A stretch of 62,990 nucleotides of DNA, filler included, from Saprolegnia diclina VS20 (GCF_000281045.1; 5 parts of 2 records of this genome joined end to end with filler, not necessarily neighbours in it), one strand, 5' to 3'; counted from the first letter of the whole stretch, positions 22,746 to 33,768 are shown. Translations and numbers: made by a program. Notes: generated from the sequence alone by a model not told the origin.

Positions 22746-25700
22746 TTAATTTGCGACGCCGTTGGCCTTCTTGGCAGTCTTCTTCTTGGTCACCTTCTTC
22801 GCCTTGGGCTGGGGCTCGGCGTCCAATGTCTCGGCGGCATGCTGCACTGACGCGTCCACGTCGACAACGGGCTCGGCTACGATGGTCCCGGGAACGTCGG
22901 CGACGCTCGTCTTGGGTGCTTCGTCGACGACCGTGGGCGCGTCTGGAACGACAGCGCCGGCAAGCGCCGGTACCTCGGCCGTCGCTTGGACCTCGGGCTC
23001 CACGGGCGCTGCTTCAGCGACCGCTGCCGCGACGTCGCCCACCTTTTCGATCACAGCGTCTGCATGTTGCGGTTCTTCCACTGAAGCGACGGTGTCGATC
23101 TGGTTGTCGACGACAGGCTCGACCACGGGCACAGCAGCATCAACCACTACCGTAGGCGCCTCGGTCACCGCCTCGACGATCGCGTCCGGGTTGCGCAGAC
23201 TGTCCATGATGCGGACCAGCGCCTGCACGGTGCGACTGAGGTCGGCTTCGGTGTGCAAGTACGAGATGAAGAAGCGCAGTCGGCACTTGCCCTCCTCGAC
23301 GGCCGGGTGCACGATCGGCTTGACGTTGATCTTCTCTTCGTCGCTCAGCCGCATCGAGAGACGCACCGTCTCGACCGTCCCGCCAATGTACACGACCACC
23401 ACGCACGCGCCACGGACGTTCGTGCCCACGTCGAGCTTGGCCGCCACGCACGCGTCGTAAAAGAAAGCGCTGAGTTCCTGGAGACGCACCGACCGCTGCG
23501 GCTCGTCGCCCATGAGCTGGACGGCCTTGAGCGCCGCGCCGGCGTTGGCCGGACCGAGGCCCACCGAGTAGACAAAGCCGCCCGCAGAGTACTTGAGGTA
23601 GTCGACCACGGTCTTGGTGGCGAGGATAAAGCCGCCCACAGACCCGAGCGACTTGCTCATCGTGCCCATGCGCACGTCGACGTCGGTGGTCGGCACGTCA
23701 AAGTACTCGCACATGCCCTTGCCCGTCTGGCCCATCGTGCCGAACGAGTGCGCTTCGTCCACAAACAGAATGGCCTTGTGCTGCTTCTTGAGCGCGACAA
23801 ACGCCGGCAGATTCGGCACGTCGCCGTCCATCGAGTACACGCCCTCGATCACGATCAGCACGCGCCGGTACTTGTGCCGGACCGACTTGAGGATGCGCTC
23901 GGCGGCGGCCACGTCATTGTGCGGGAACGCCAGGATCGTCGCGCCACTGAGGCGCTGGCCGTTCACGCAGCTGTTGTGGTTGAGGATGTCGCACAGAATG
24001 AGGTCGCCCTTGCCGACAAGCGCCGCGATCGTCGTCACGTTGGTGACCCAGCCGCCCACAAACAGCACGGACGCCTCGGCGTCAAAGTGCTTGCACAAGG
24101 CGGCCTCGAGCTGCGTGTTGATGATGTTTTGGCCCACGATCGGCGACGAGCTCATGCCCGTGCCGTACGTATCGATGGCGTCCTTGGAGGCCTGCGCCGT
24201 CGCGGGGTGCGACGCGTACCCGAGGTAGTTGTACGTGTTGAAGTTGAGCTGCTTCTTCTTCTCGGCTGTGAGCACGTCCAAGTACGGCAGCACGAGACCG
24301 GCGTCCGTGAGCTCGCTCAGCTGACCGCGGAGGTGCTGGACCTCGGGGAAGCATTCGAAATCGTAGCACTCGGCCTTGATCTCGCCGTTCTCGTCGACGT
24401 ACGAGCCTTCGGGGAGCGTCGACTCTTGCGTCTCGAGCTCGCCGGTGGCGAGACCCGGGGCATTGGCGAGCTTGGCCGGCGTATCAAACTGGAAGAAGGC
24501 CGACGGCGGCACGACGCAGCCGAGGAACTCGCCGAGCTCGGCGCTGAGACCGACAATGGCCACCGAGTCCATGCCCAGGCAGGCCCACGGTGTGTCCGGG
24601 TCGATGTCCGAAGCAGCAGGCGTCGGCGAGGCTTGACTGTCGGCATCTTCGCTCGACGTCTCGCCTTCGTTGTTTTCCTGGGCGAGGCGCTCAAGCAGCC
24701 ACGCCACAATCTCTTCCGGTGTCTTGATCACCGCCGGCGTCGATGCAGCTGCGTTCTCATCCGAAGCGACCTCAGGTTCGGCCACGGGCTTGGGACGGCT
24801 CTCGATGACGCCCTTATGCATGTACTGGGCGGCGAGCGTGTTGTCTTCAAACTTGGCCTTGGTGCCACGACGCTGGATCTTGCCGCTCGTCGTCTTGGGG
24901 ATACTGCGAGGACGCAAGAGGACGATCGAGGCGCAACGGAGCTGGTGTTCCGACAGCACCGACGTCGCAATGGCGTTGGCGATGGCGCGGAGCTTGTCCT
25001 GGTCCTTCTTGAGGTCCGAGCGCATCTCAGCAACGACAACGAGAGCTTCTTCTTGGTTGGACGTCTCGATCGAAAAGGCAGCGACACAGCCAGGGCGAAC
25101 CTCGGCGTCAGCCAGCTCGGCCGTGTGCTCAACATCTTGGGGGCAGACGTTGCGGCCACGGACGATGATGAGATCCTTGAGACGGCCAGTGATGAACGTC
25201 TGGCCGTTGCGAAGGAAACCCATGTCACCAGAGCGCAACCAGTGCGACTTGTCGAGGATCGTCACGTCGCCAGAGCGGAGAAAGTGGCTCTTGTCCGAGC
25301 TACCCACCGACTCGCGCTTGTGCTTGGGGTCCTTGAGCGTCGCCTGGAACTGCTCTTTCGTGTACTCGTCACGGTGCCAGTAGCCCTTGGCGACGCTCGG
25401 GCCTTGGATCCAAATCTCACCGACGGCGTTGTCCTTGAGCTGCACATGCGTCTCGGGGTCGACGACAATGACGCGGAAGGTCGGCATGGGAATACCACAG
25501 CCGACAAGCGTGCACGTATCATTGGCGTTGTAGCCCTTGGCCGCAACGACCGCAGTCTTCTTCTGCTCCAGCGCGCTCTTCTTAAGGACGAGGACAGTCG
25601 GGTCCTGGAGCTTGTACGGGTCTTGGCCCGTCACAACGAGAGTCACCTCGGCGAGGCCGTAGCCGCAGTTGAACGTCTTGGGGTTGAAGCCCGCGGGCAG

Positions 25701-27010
25701 GAACTTGTCGGTAAACGATTCCAGCGACTCGATGCGAATGGGCTCGGCCGCACAAATGCACTGCTTGAGAGAGCGCAGGTCGAGCTTGGCGACTTGGGCC
25801 TTGGACGTCTTGCGGGCCACGAGTGCGTAGCCAAAGTTTGGGGCGCACACGTGCGTGCCCTTGTACTTGGAGACGGTACGCATCCACAGCGCAGGGTCCT
25901 TGATGAACGCCAGCGGCGACATTGAGATACACCGAGCACCTGGACAAGTGCAAAGTGAGAAAGGCCAAGTGCAAAGTGGGATCGAAGTGCATACCAGTCG
26001 AACACGGCACGAGGATGAAGCCGACGAGGCCCATGTCGTGGTACGACGGCAGCCAAGACACCATCGTGTCGTCTTCGCGGATCGACGCCCACGTCTTGAG
26101 CTGCGCGTGGATGTTGCCGTGCGAGATCATGACGGCCTTGGGCTCGGACGTCGAGCCGGACGAGTACTGGAAGAACGCAATGTCGTCAAAGGTACACTCG
26201 ACCGGCGTGTAGCTGTACAAGGCCATCGTTAAACGTACTGCCATGATCCATGAAGGTTGTACCGATCAGCCATCGCCGACGAGATCGAGTCGGTCGAGAA
26301 CCACTGGATGTCCTTGGGCCATGTGACCGAGCTCGAGAAGTAGCTCTTGGCGGTCGCGAGCTGGGTGGCCATGTAGTACGCGCGGTTGGTCAAGATGACC
26401 TTGGCGCCTGAATCGTCGACCATGCGGTTAAACTTGGGGAGGTCCTTGGCGAGCGTGCCCGGGTACGGCGGGTAGACGGGAATGCCGATCGCACCGGCGT
26501 AGAGGCAACCCCAAAAGCCCATGGCAAAGTCGAGGCCTGGTGGGTAGCAGAGCATGACGCGATCGCCCTTCCGGAGCGCTACAAGATGGATGCATGAGTC
26601 ATCGTAGGGTACCAGTGATGATAGGTACAAGCATCTTGCTGCAAAGTGGCGGCGACACGGCGGGCGGCGCGGTCCACGTCAGCAAAGTTCATGACAACGC
26701 TTTCCTTGCCAGCGTCGTCGAGGAAGACGTACACGACCTTATCAGGCGTCTCTTGGGCCCGGCGTTTGAGAAGGTCAACGATGGACGCTTCGGCGGCAAG
26801 GCCTTCGTGCGCCTTGGTCGTGCGTGCGCGCTTGGCCTTGGGCGCTGGTGCGTCGCTGGTGGTGGCGGCTGGTATGGCTGGAAGCCCGCGCTCGACGACG
26901 TCGTCGTGCTTGCGCTTCCGCGAAGAGAGGTAGGCCGCAGTACCTAGCGCGACGGCCGCGAGGGACGTGGCGACGGCGGCGCTGGCAGTGTCGAGCATGT
27001 ACGCTTGCAT
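22746..27010 (-). CDS. Fatty acyl-AMP ligase - acyl carrier protein - PLP-dependent alpha-oxoamine synthase (AONS/SPT-like) fusion, about 1369 aa
   Basis: Exons 27010-26629, 26578-26263, 26212-25995 and 25939-22746 sum to 4110 nt. FAAL motifs QYSSGSTSEPK, SWLPSYHDMGL, YGLAE, GEIWIQGPSVAKGYW, LRSGD, PKTTSGK. ACP motif LGMDS. AOS motifs NYLG, HND, EGVYSMDGD, DEAH, GTMSKS (PLP lysine). Confidence 0.92.
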
Positions 27011-28576
27011 GCTGCTGCTGGTGCTGCTGGACTGCGTCAAGGCAAAGTGGGGTCGGCCGTATCGAATCCAGCAAGCTCGTTCATTGGCTGAAATAGACAT
27101 CGCAAGTGATCTGGAAGAGAGACCGCGGTATAGTCAATCCAAGTCATCCAGTACCAAACTTGAGGCTAAACGCACGCCATTATTTCGTCGCGCGCACTAA
27201 TCAGGTCTTTATGAATCCGATCTCAGCCACCTATAAACGATACGAGTTAACTATACAAAGATACATGCATAGATCTACCATGATGCGCGTCAAGTAAGCG
27301 GACATGCACAGGCGGGCGCCGGGGGCCCACGGTCTCAAGTGGCGTGTTGTTAGACGAGCAGCACGGGGTCGAAGCGAACTTTAAAGAGTGCATGGCGTTC
27401 TGGAGATTACCCGTTAAGTACGACGAAGCTTCAAGGTGCACTGTGGCCCAACGGATCTTCGTCCCTTCAACAAGGTTGCAGCGACCCAGAGTGCGACGAG
27501 CGCTGCGTCGTTCGTGGGTGCACTTGCATTCACCGTCTCGGCGGTGAGATCCCTGCATTAGGTCCACACGCGTTAAGAGTGCCTGCCTTCAAACCGCCGA
27601 CTGACTGTATCGACAACGCGTGACAACGTGATTGGGTGCTCCAAACTCAACAGCATCCTTTGAGTTTCGCGAGCCTAATCACGTTGTCCCGCGTTGTCCA
27701 ACCGGTTATTTTAACCGGTTTATCCAACCGAGGAACCAGGGTTGGCTAGTCGAGTATCACGGCTCAGGGGCAAGCGAAGGGGGCACTCATGCCGCGTGAG
27801 CAGGAAGCGCAATAAATGCATTGTGGAAGCGATCGGCGATAACGCACTCGGTCGAGCAGGTGTTACTGCCTCTGTAGAAGACAAGGTAACGTTACACGGA
27901 TGCTACAAAAAGGACGTGGACAAAGCTGTTGCCCAGAAGCCGCCCAGCAAACCCATGCGGCCATCGGAACATGAGCTCACAGATCGCATGCCACTGGAGC
28001 TCCTATGACAAATCGCTCTTGGTCCAATCAAGGTGTTTCTAGATATATAAGAAGCCTTGGTCTACTACACGTCGAGGCCTTGGCGCTGCACGACTGCCAG
28101 TCTTGGCGTCTAAAGACGCTTGTCGAACAAACCGAAGAGGCTGCCTCGTCAGTTTGCTGTCACCAGCCCAGGTGTCCATCCTCGCGATCTTGCACAAATA
28201 TATGGATTCCTCCACGTCTCACAAGCCAACAACGTCGGGTTCAATCAAAAATTCCCTCAATTCAATGCAACCGCTTCTATATACAAGGAGTCGTTAGAAA
28301 AATGCCACTGCCAACTCCTTTGTAACAACGTATCTAGCTCTTTCCTGAAGGAACTTATCTCGACCCTGTCGAGTTGACACCGGCGCGGTGACGCACCTCT
28401 TGCTCGCATATCATTTCATACAAACGCTCAGCTATTTTAAAGTTTCGTGCGCAATCTAGGTCGCCCCGCCGCCACCTGGCAGCCTCCCAGAGCTTATCCG
28501 CGGACGAAACCCGCGCCGAAAAAGACACGGCAGTCAATTCCCAAGTTGCACCGCCGCTACGAGTACTCACAGTAGG

Positions 28577-29170
28577 ATGGTCAAGCCGACGTTGATTGTC
28601 GACACGATCAAGCTCGCGCTTGTCGCGTTCCTTACGATGCTCCTCAACATGCTGCAGCCATCGTCGTCCAAGGCGCTCGAGTCGTCCGTCGATTCGCTCT
28701 GGGCCGACGACGAGGAGAAGGTCGTGACGACGCCGTCGAGCAAGACGCGCAAGACCAAGGCGCGTCGGGCCAAGACCAAGGTCGAGAACGAAGCCATCGT
28801 GGACATCCTCAAACGCCGCGCCCTCGAGACGCCCGACAAGGTTGTCTACACCTTCCTCGACGACGCCGGGAAGGAGAGCGTCAACCTCACGTTTGCGGAC
28901 GTCGACCGTGCTGCCCGCCGCGTGGCCGCCACTTTGCAGCAAGATGCAGGTATGCCTATCGATGCTTTGACAATGGTTCAAGGTGGAGCTAGGTTTGAAG
29001 AAGGGCGACCGCGTCATGCTCGCGTATCCTCCGGGCCTCGACTTTGCCATGGGCTTTTGGGGTTGCCTCTACGCTGGTGCGATCGGCATTCCCGTCTACC
29101 CGCCGTACCCGGGCACGCTCGCCAAGGACCTCCCCAAGTTTAACCGCATGGTCGACGATTCAGGCGCCAA
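28577..29170 (+). CDS. Second FAAL-family paralogue, 5' part, truncated by assembly gap
   Basis: IVDILKRRALETPDKVVYTFLDDAGKES..; 43-nt intron 28950-28992 at the same position as intron 1 of the minus-strand gene; then LKKGDRVMLAYPPGLDFAMGFWGCLYAG. Confidence 0.85.
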
Positions 29171-29270
29171 NNNNNNNNNNNNNNNNNNNNNNNNNNNNNN
29201 NNNNNNNNNNNNNNTTAATTAATTAANNNNNNNNNNNNNNNNNNNNNNNNNNNNNNNNNNNNNNNNNNNN
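29171..29270. other. Artificial contig-joining spacer N44-TTAATTAATTAA-N44
   Basis: 12-mer with stops in all six frames, centred in an exactly 100-nt N block. Confidence 0.95.
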
Positions 29271-29950
29271 CCACCAGCTGGAGGACACGGACGGGCTACA
29301 ACAGGGGTCGACAGCGTCGTCGCCGTCCCCAGCTAGTGCGTCGTTATCGCAAGGACGGTCCAATATGGCTTCGTTTTCGTTGCCGTCTATTTGCCGTACC
29401 GTACTCGTAGTACGTATATGAGGCGCACCTATTCTGCTCGCGCGTTGCTATCTTCCAGCACCCATCAAGATCGCCAAAGTGCAATTTCAGCTGGATGAGC
29501 CGCCAATCAAAACGCGCATCGTGTCAAATCCATCGCTATGATTGGCTAGATCGCAAAAATCGGCCCATACCACATGGCCAAGCGTCCAAAACCATCACGT
29601 CGACTCATCACGGCCCTTCTATCGCGCAACCAGCCGAGACTGCGACCTTGAGCGAGCCACGACGGCGGGGCAGTGGCCATACCACAACCATTGCCGTTCA
29701 TGAGCTTCTCGCGACAGTGCAGCTATCGCTGTCGCAATCTCAACACGGAAAACACTGGACCGATGAGCTTGTTGGAAGGGGAATAGATCCGGACCAGCCT
29801 GTCGGGTGCCGACCAGGTAACGTGGGACCCCAACAGACGGGTTGACGGCCGAAGAAAACAGATGGCGAGCTCGGACAGGCGAGCCAACGAACAAGACGCG
29901 AGTAGCTTCGCCGACCGGGATCTGATACACTTGGGCCAAACCATCCAAGC

Positions 29951-29966
29951 GCTCATTCTCGCATTT
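29951..29966 (+). promoter_or_regulatory. Oomycete INR+FPR core promoter
   Basis: GCTCATTCTCGCATTT matches the GCTCATTYYNCAWTTT-type consensus, 16 nt before the ATG at 29983. Confidence 0.7.
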
Positions 29967-29982
29967 GCCTGCCTTCGCCACC

Positions 29983-31416
29983 ATGACGGCCAACACGAAG
30001 AAGCCGTTCTTGACGGTCGAAGACATCAAGATGTGCTTCTCGCTCTTCTGCTGCGTCTACGGTATCGGTACGCTCGGTATGCCCGGTAACTACGCCCGCG
30101 CCGGCTACGGCTGGGCAACCGTCGCGCTTGTGGCCATGGCGGCCATCAACATTTACGCCACGTGGTGCATCTCGCACGTCATGATGGTCGCGCCCCGCAG
30201 CATCCGCACGTTCGGGGACGTTGGCGAGTGGTCCATGGGCTGCTTTGGCCGCTGGATCACCAACATTGCGCAAATGCTCGTGTGCATCATGGTCCCCATC
30301 ATGTTCCTCGTGCTCGGCGGTATCATCTTTACCATCATGTTCCCGTCGTCGTTCAAGGACTCGACGTGGATCATCATCATGGGCGTCACGCTCCTTCCCG
30401 TCTGCCTCATCCCGACGCTCAAGGAAGGTGCCGGTGCTGCCGCGGCCGGCGCGCTCGGCACGATCATTGCCGATGGTATCGCGCTCGGCCTCCTCGTGCA
30501 CAACCTCAACGACGCCAACGAAGGCCTCTCGCCGCCCAAGCCCAACCTCAGCTTTGAGCAGGTGACGACAGTGTTTGGCAACCTCGCGCTCGCGTACGGC
30601 GCCGGTATCGTCGTCCCGACGCTCCAGCGTGAGCACAGTGACGAGACGCGCATGCCCCGCATCATCGTCGTGACATTGACGATCGTCTCGGCCTTCTTCC
30701 TCATCGTCTCGATCACCGGTGTCTCGGTCGCCGGCTGCCAGATTCCCGGCAACCTCCTCTTTGCCATCTCGGGCACCAAGCTTGGCTTTGAGGCCGACCG
30801 CGGTGGCGTCATCCTCGCCATGATGGCCATGCAGCTCCACATTACGATCGCGTTCGCCGTCGTCATCTTCCCGGCCTTCTTCATCGCCGAGCGCATCATC
30901 CTCGGCCTCCACAAGGTGACGATCGAGCGGACGGAGCCGACGAACTACAACGACATTGAGACGCCCAACCTCGAGCTCCCGGAGAAGACGTCGCAGCTCG
31001 ACCCGATCGAGTACCCGTCGCACGACGCCGCGTCCGACTATGCCGCACCCGGCGCGTACGTCAAGGCGGCGATCCTCCGCATCGTCATTATTGCCATCAC
31101 GGTCGTGATTGCCATTGCGTGGAAGGACAACTTCGGCGACCTCTTGGACTTTGTCGGTGCTTCCTCGACGTCGCTCAGTTGCATGATTTTGCCCATCTGC
31201 TTTTACCTCAAGACGTTCTGGAAGACGATCAAGCCGCTCGAGAAGGCCGGCGCCGTCTTCGCCGTCCTCGTCTGCCTCGCGCTGGCCATCTACGTCTCGA
31301 TCAACACGGGCAAGGTCCTCTTCAAGACGGTCGAGCCGTCGTCGGCCAAGTTCCCGTTCTGCGCCGCCGAGTACCAGACTTGGGTGTACACCAACCGCAC
31401 GCACTACAAGAACTAG
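29983..31416 (+). CDS. AAAP amino acid transporter, paralogue 5
   Basis: SLFCCVYGIGTLGMPGNYARAG, PTLQREHSDETRMPR, DLLDFVGAS; Kozak-like GCCACCATG start. Confidence 0.92.
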   Translation: MTANTKKPFLTVEDIKMCFSLFCCVYGIGTLGMPGNYARAGYGWATVALVAMAAINIYATWCISHVMMVAPRSIRTFGDVGEWSMGCFGRWITNIAQMLVCIMVPIMFLVLGGIIFTIMFPSSFKDSTWIIIMGVTLLPVCLIPTLKEGAGAAAAGALGTIIADGIALGLLVHNLNDANEGLSPPKPNLSFEQVTTVFGNLALAYGAGIVVPTLQREHSDETRMPRIIVVTLTIVSAFFLIVSITGVSVAGCQIPGNLLFAISGTKLGFEADRGGVILAMMAMQLHITIAFAVVIFPAFFIAERIILGLHKVTIERTEPTNYNDIETPNLELPEKTSQLDPIEYPSHDAASDYAAPGAYVKAAILRIVIIAITVVIAIAWKDNFGDLLDFVGASSTSLSCMILPICFYLKTFWKTIKPLEKAGAVFAVLVCLALAIYVSINTGKVLFKTVEPSSAKFPFCAAEYQTWVYTNRTHYKN

Positions 31417-31631
31417 AGTGCGCACCTGTTTATAAACTGTGTCGTGATAACAACTTGTCTTCTTTTCGATATATTTGCGTTGGTGAGTCGGACGCCGCCA
31501 ACCGCATCATCCAACCGGTTAAACACTACCGGTTGACGATGGAAACGTCCCTCGGCGCTGCCACGTCACAATGCATGGTTGCAAGCCAAATACATGTACC
31601 ACCGGTCGTAGTATACTGATAGGCTTACATT

Positions 31632-32681
31632 TTACGCCGACTGGACAAGGGATGCATACGCCTTGGCGCACCAGTGACTAGCCTCGCCGTAGCCGGTCAA
31701 GCCCCACGCTGCCTTGTGCATCGCGCCGCACGCAAGCGGGTTCAGCGGCGCAACCGGCTGCGCCAGTTGTGCGCGGCACGCCGCTTCCGAGCTCGTCCAG
31801 ACGCAGTCGTGGCCGTTCAGCGAGAGGCACTCGATGTCAAAGTTGAAGTTGAGGCGGATCGGCGTAAAGATGCCTCGAAGACACGTCCAGGGCGCCATCG
31901 ACAGCTTGGGCATCGACAGCGCGCACCAGTGCTCGGGCGTATCGTAGCCAAAGACACCAAGCGTCATTTCCATCATCGCACCGCACACGAGCGGCGACAA
32001 CGCTGAAGGCGGCTGCAACTGCAAGCGCACGCAGTCGGTCCATGACGACGCGGTAACGCAAGTGCGTCCGTCCAACGACATGCACTCGACGTCGCCCGAC
32101 GTAGTGAGGCGCAGTGGCGTTGTCGACTGGAACGGACACTGCCACGGCGCGTTGCTCAAGAATGGCGCGCTCGAGGCGCATCCTGGATCACTCTCGTCGC
32201 CGCTGTCTCCATACAAGGCCAGAAAGGCGGGCGAGTCGCTCCGAAGCGCCGACGACGTCTTGGTTGCCGCCACAAGCGCCGTGCACTCGGCTTGCGAGCT
32301 GACGGTGCGGCAGCCGGCGGACGTCGACGATGCCATGCACTCGCTGACCCCGTCGCCCGAGAGACGCACGGGCGTCGCAGCGACGGGATAGAGACAGCGC
32401 CATGGCTCGGTCGTGAGGGCGGCGGCGCCGACGCGGCACCAGTGGTCGGGTGTATCGTAGGTGCTGTTGACATCTGCGGCATGCAGCGCGTCACACGTGA
32501 GCGCCTGTAGAGGGCGGCTGGGCGAAGCGACCAGCGCCGTGCAGGCCGCGGACGAGGGTACTGTCACGCAGCTGCGGGTGTTCGTTGACATGCACTCGAC
32601 GTTGCCAGCGAGCGTCTTGCGCAGCGGTGTCCGGACGTCCGGGAGACATGTCCAGTCGGTCGCGGTGAGCGCGAGCTTGGC
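31632..32681 (-). CDS. Cys/Trp-rich repeat protein, 3' part (5' end in gap)
   Basis: Four repeats of about 75-85 aa: WxC..TPxR..GxxECxS..C..C..LxCG..GY..HWC. Confidence 0.75.
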   Translation of the reverse strand, partial: AKLALTATDWTCLPDVRTPLRKTLAGNVECMSTNTRSCVTVPSSAACTALVASPSRPLQALTCDALHAADVNSTYDTPDHWCRVGAAALTTEPWRCLYPVAATPVRLSGDGVSECMASSTSAGCRTVSSQAECTALVAATKTSSALRSDSPAFLALYGDSGDESDPGCASSAPFLSNAPWQCPFQSTTPLRLTTSGDVECMSLDGRTCVTASSWTDCVRLQLQPPSALSPLVCGAMMEMTLGVFGYDTPEHWCALSMPKLSMAPWTCLRGIFTPIRLNFNFDIECLSLNGHDCVWTSSEAACRAQLAQPVAPLNPLACGAMHKAAWGLTGYGEASHWCAKAYASLVQSA

Positions 32682-32781
32682 NNNNNNNNNNNNNNNNNNN
32701 NNNNNNNNNNNNNNNNNNNNNNNNNTTAATTAATTAANNNNNNNNNNNNNNNNNNNNNNNNNNNNNNNNNNNNNNNNNNNN
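32682..32781. other. Artificial contig-joining spacer
   Basis: N44-TTAATTAATTAA-N44. Confidence 0.95.
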
Positions 32782-33080
32782 AGACAGGCCTTCCACTCGG
32801 ACGCAAACGGGGCACTCGCGGCCTTGGCGTCGACGAACTGATAGACGACGCGCGCGTTGGCCTGGCGCTGGTTGGCCTCCATTGCGTCCAAGTCCGCACC
32901 TGCTGGAGGTGCCACGGACGCATCGATGTAGATGCAGTTGCCCATGTAGTGTTCTGGGTTGGACGGCGTCGACGTCATCGTCGCCCATGGCGCAGTGACC
33001 ACGTGGTCGACGATCGCGCCAAACTCGGTCGTCTGAAAGCGCTGCCAGTTCATACTCGATCGGGTGTAAATCGCTAAGTG
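32782..33080 (-). CDS. Probable coding exon, possibly the N-terminal part of the repeat protein; boundaries uncertain
   Basis: Open frame MNWQRFQTTEFGAIVDHVV..SEWKAC with host-like codon usage running into the gap; ends in a W-x-x-C resembling a repeat start. Confidence 0.45.
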
Positions 33081-33768
33081 CCAAGTTCGTACGCGCCCAA
33101 TGTGGCATCAACGCCAAAGAACAGAGTAGAAACACGATGTTGTATTGCTGACGGCGCCCTGCAGCGGCGTAGTCAAAGGTCGCTTTTCGCGCCAACGAGA
33201 ACGGTGCTGGAAAATTCGATGGGCAGTATGGACGCACCGCGATCGTCATGCTGCGCTCTCGTGGTGCCACGTGGAAAACGTATCCAAGTTCATTTCGACG
33301 CCCGCGAAAGCATCAAGACGCCATTCGAATGAATCAACTCGAACCAACTAACCTTGCCACGATGCACCAAACGCATAATAGACAGGCCAACACGGGGTCT
33401 TAACATCCGCGGTATCGCTGCGGTGGCAATAAACGCGGCAAGGCAGCGTAGTGACGTCGTTGTGATGGGAGAGTGATGAGACCCTCGACTGCAACGTTCC
33501 AATGGCGCAACTAGGCATTTGCCCTCCTTGGCGGCAGTGTGCCCATTCCAATGCCGCAGGTAGACGCGTTTGAACGTCAACGACTTGTGCCGCCAAGCCA
33601 CTCGACATGTCGTGATGTGCCGGTGGACTAGGGCTCAGGGTCGGTGCCTATGAGCGCGCCACGCTGGGCTTACCAACCGCTAATCGCTTCTGTCGTACGT
33701 ACTTATCTCATCCGGATAGCGCAACCGAGAGATGTCCGAAAACCAACGACGAATGTGTATTGCGCATC

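Noticed and set aside
22746..24300. AOS domain as ordinary biotin BioF
   Set aside because: Fused to FAAL and ACP with a membrane anchor and apparently duplicated; no other bio genes nearby. Not excluded without an assay.
23253..25925. 890-aa plus-strand ORF, and similar long antisense ORFs over the permeases, ANT and GH17
   Set aside because: Antisense shadow frames produced by strong GC3 codon bias of the real genes; no recognisable motifs.
29215..29226. TTAATTAATTAA as a biological palindrome or piggyBac target site
   Set aside because: Always centred in exactly 100-nt N blocks, so it is an assembly linker.
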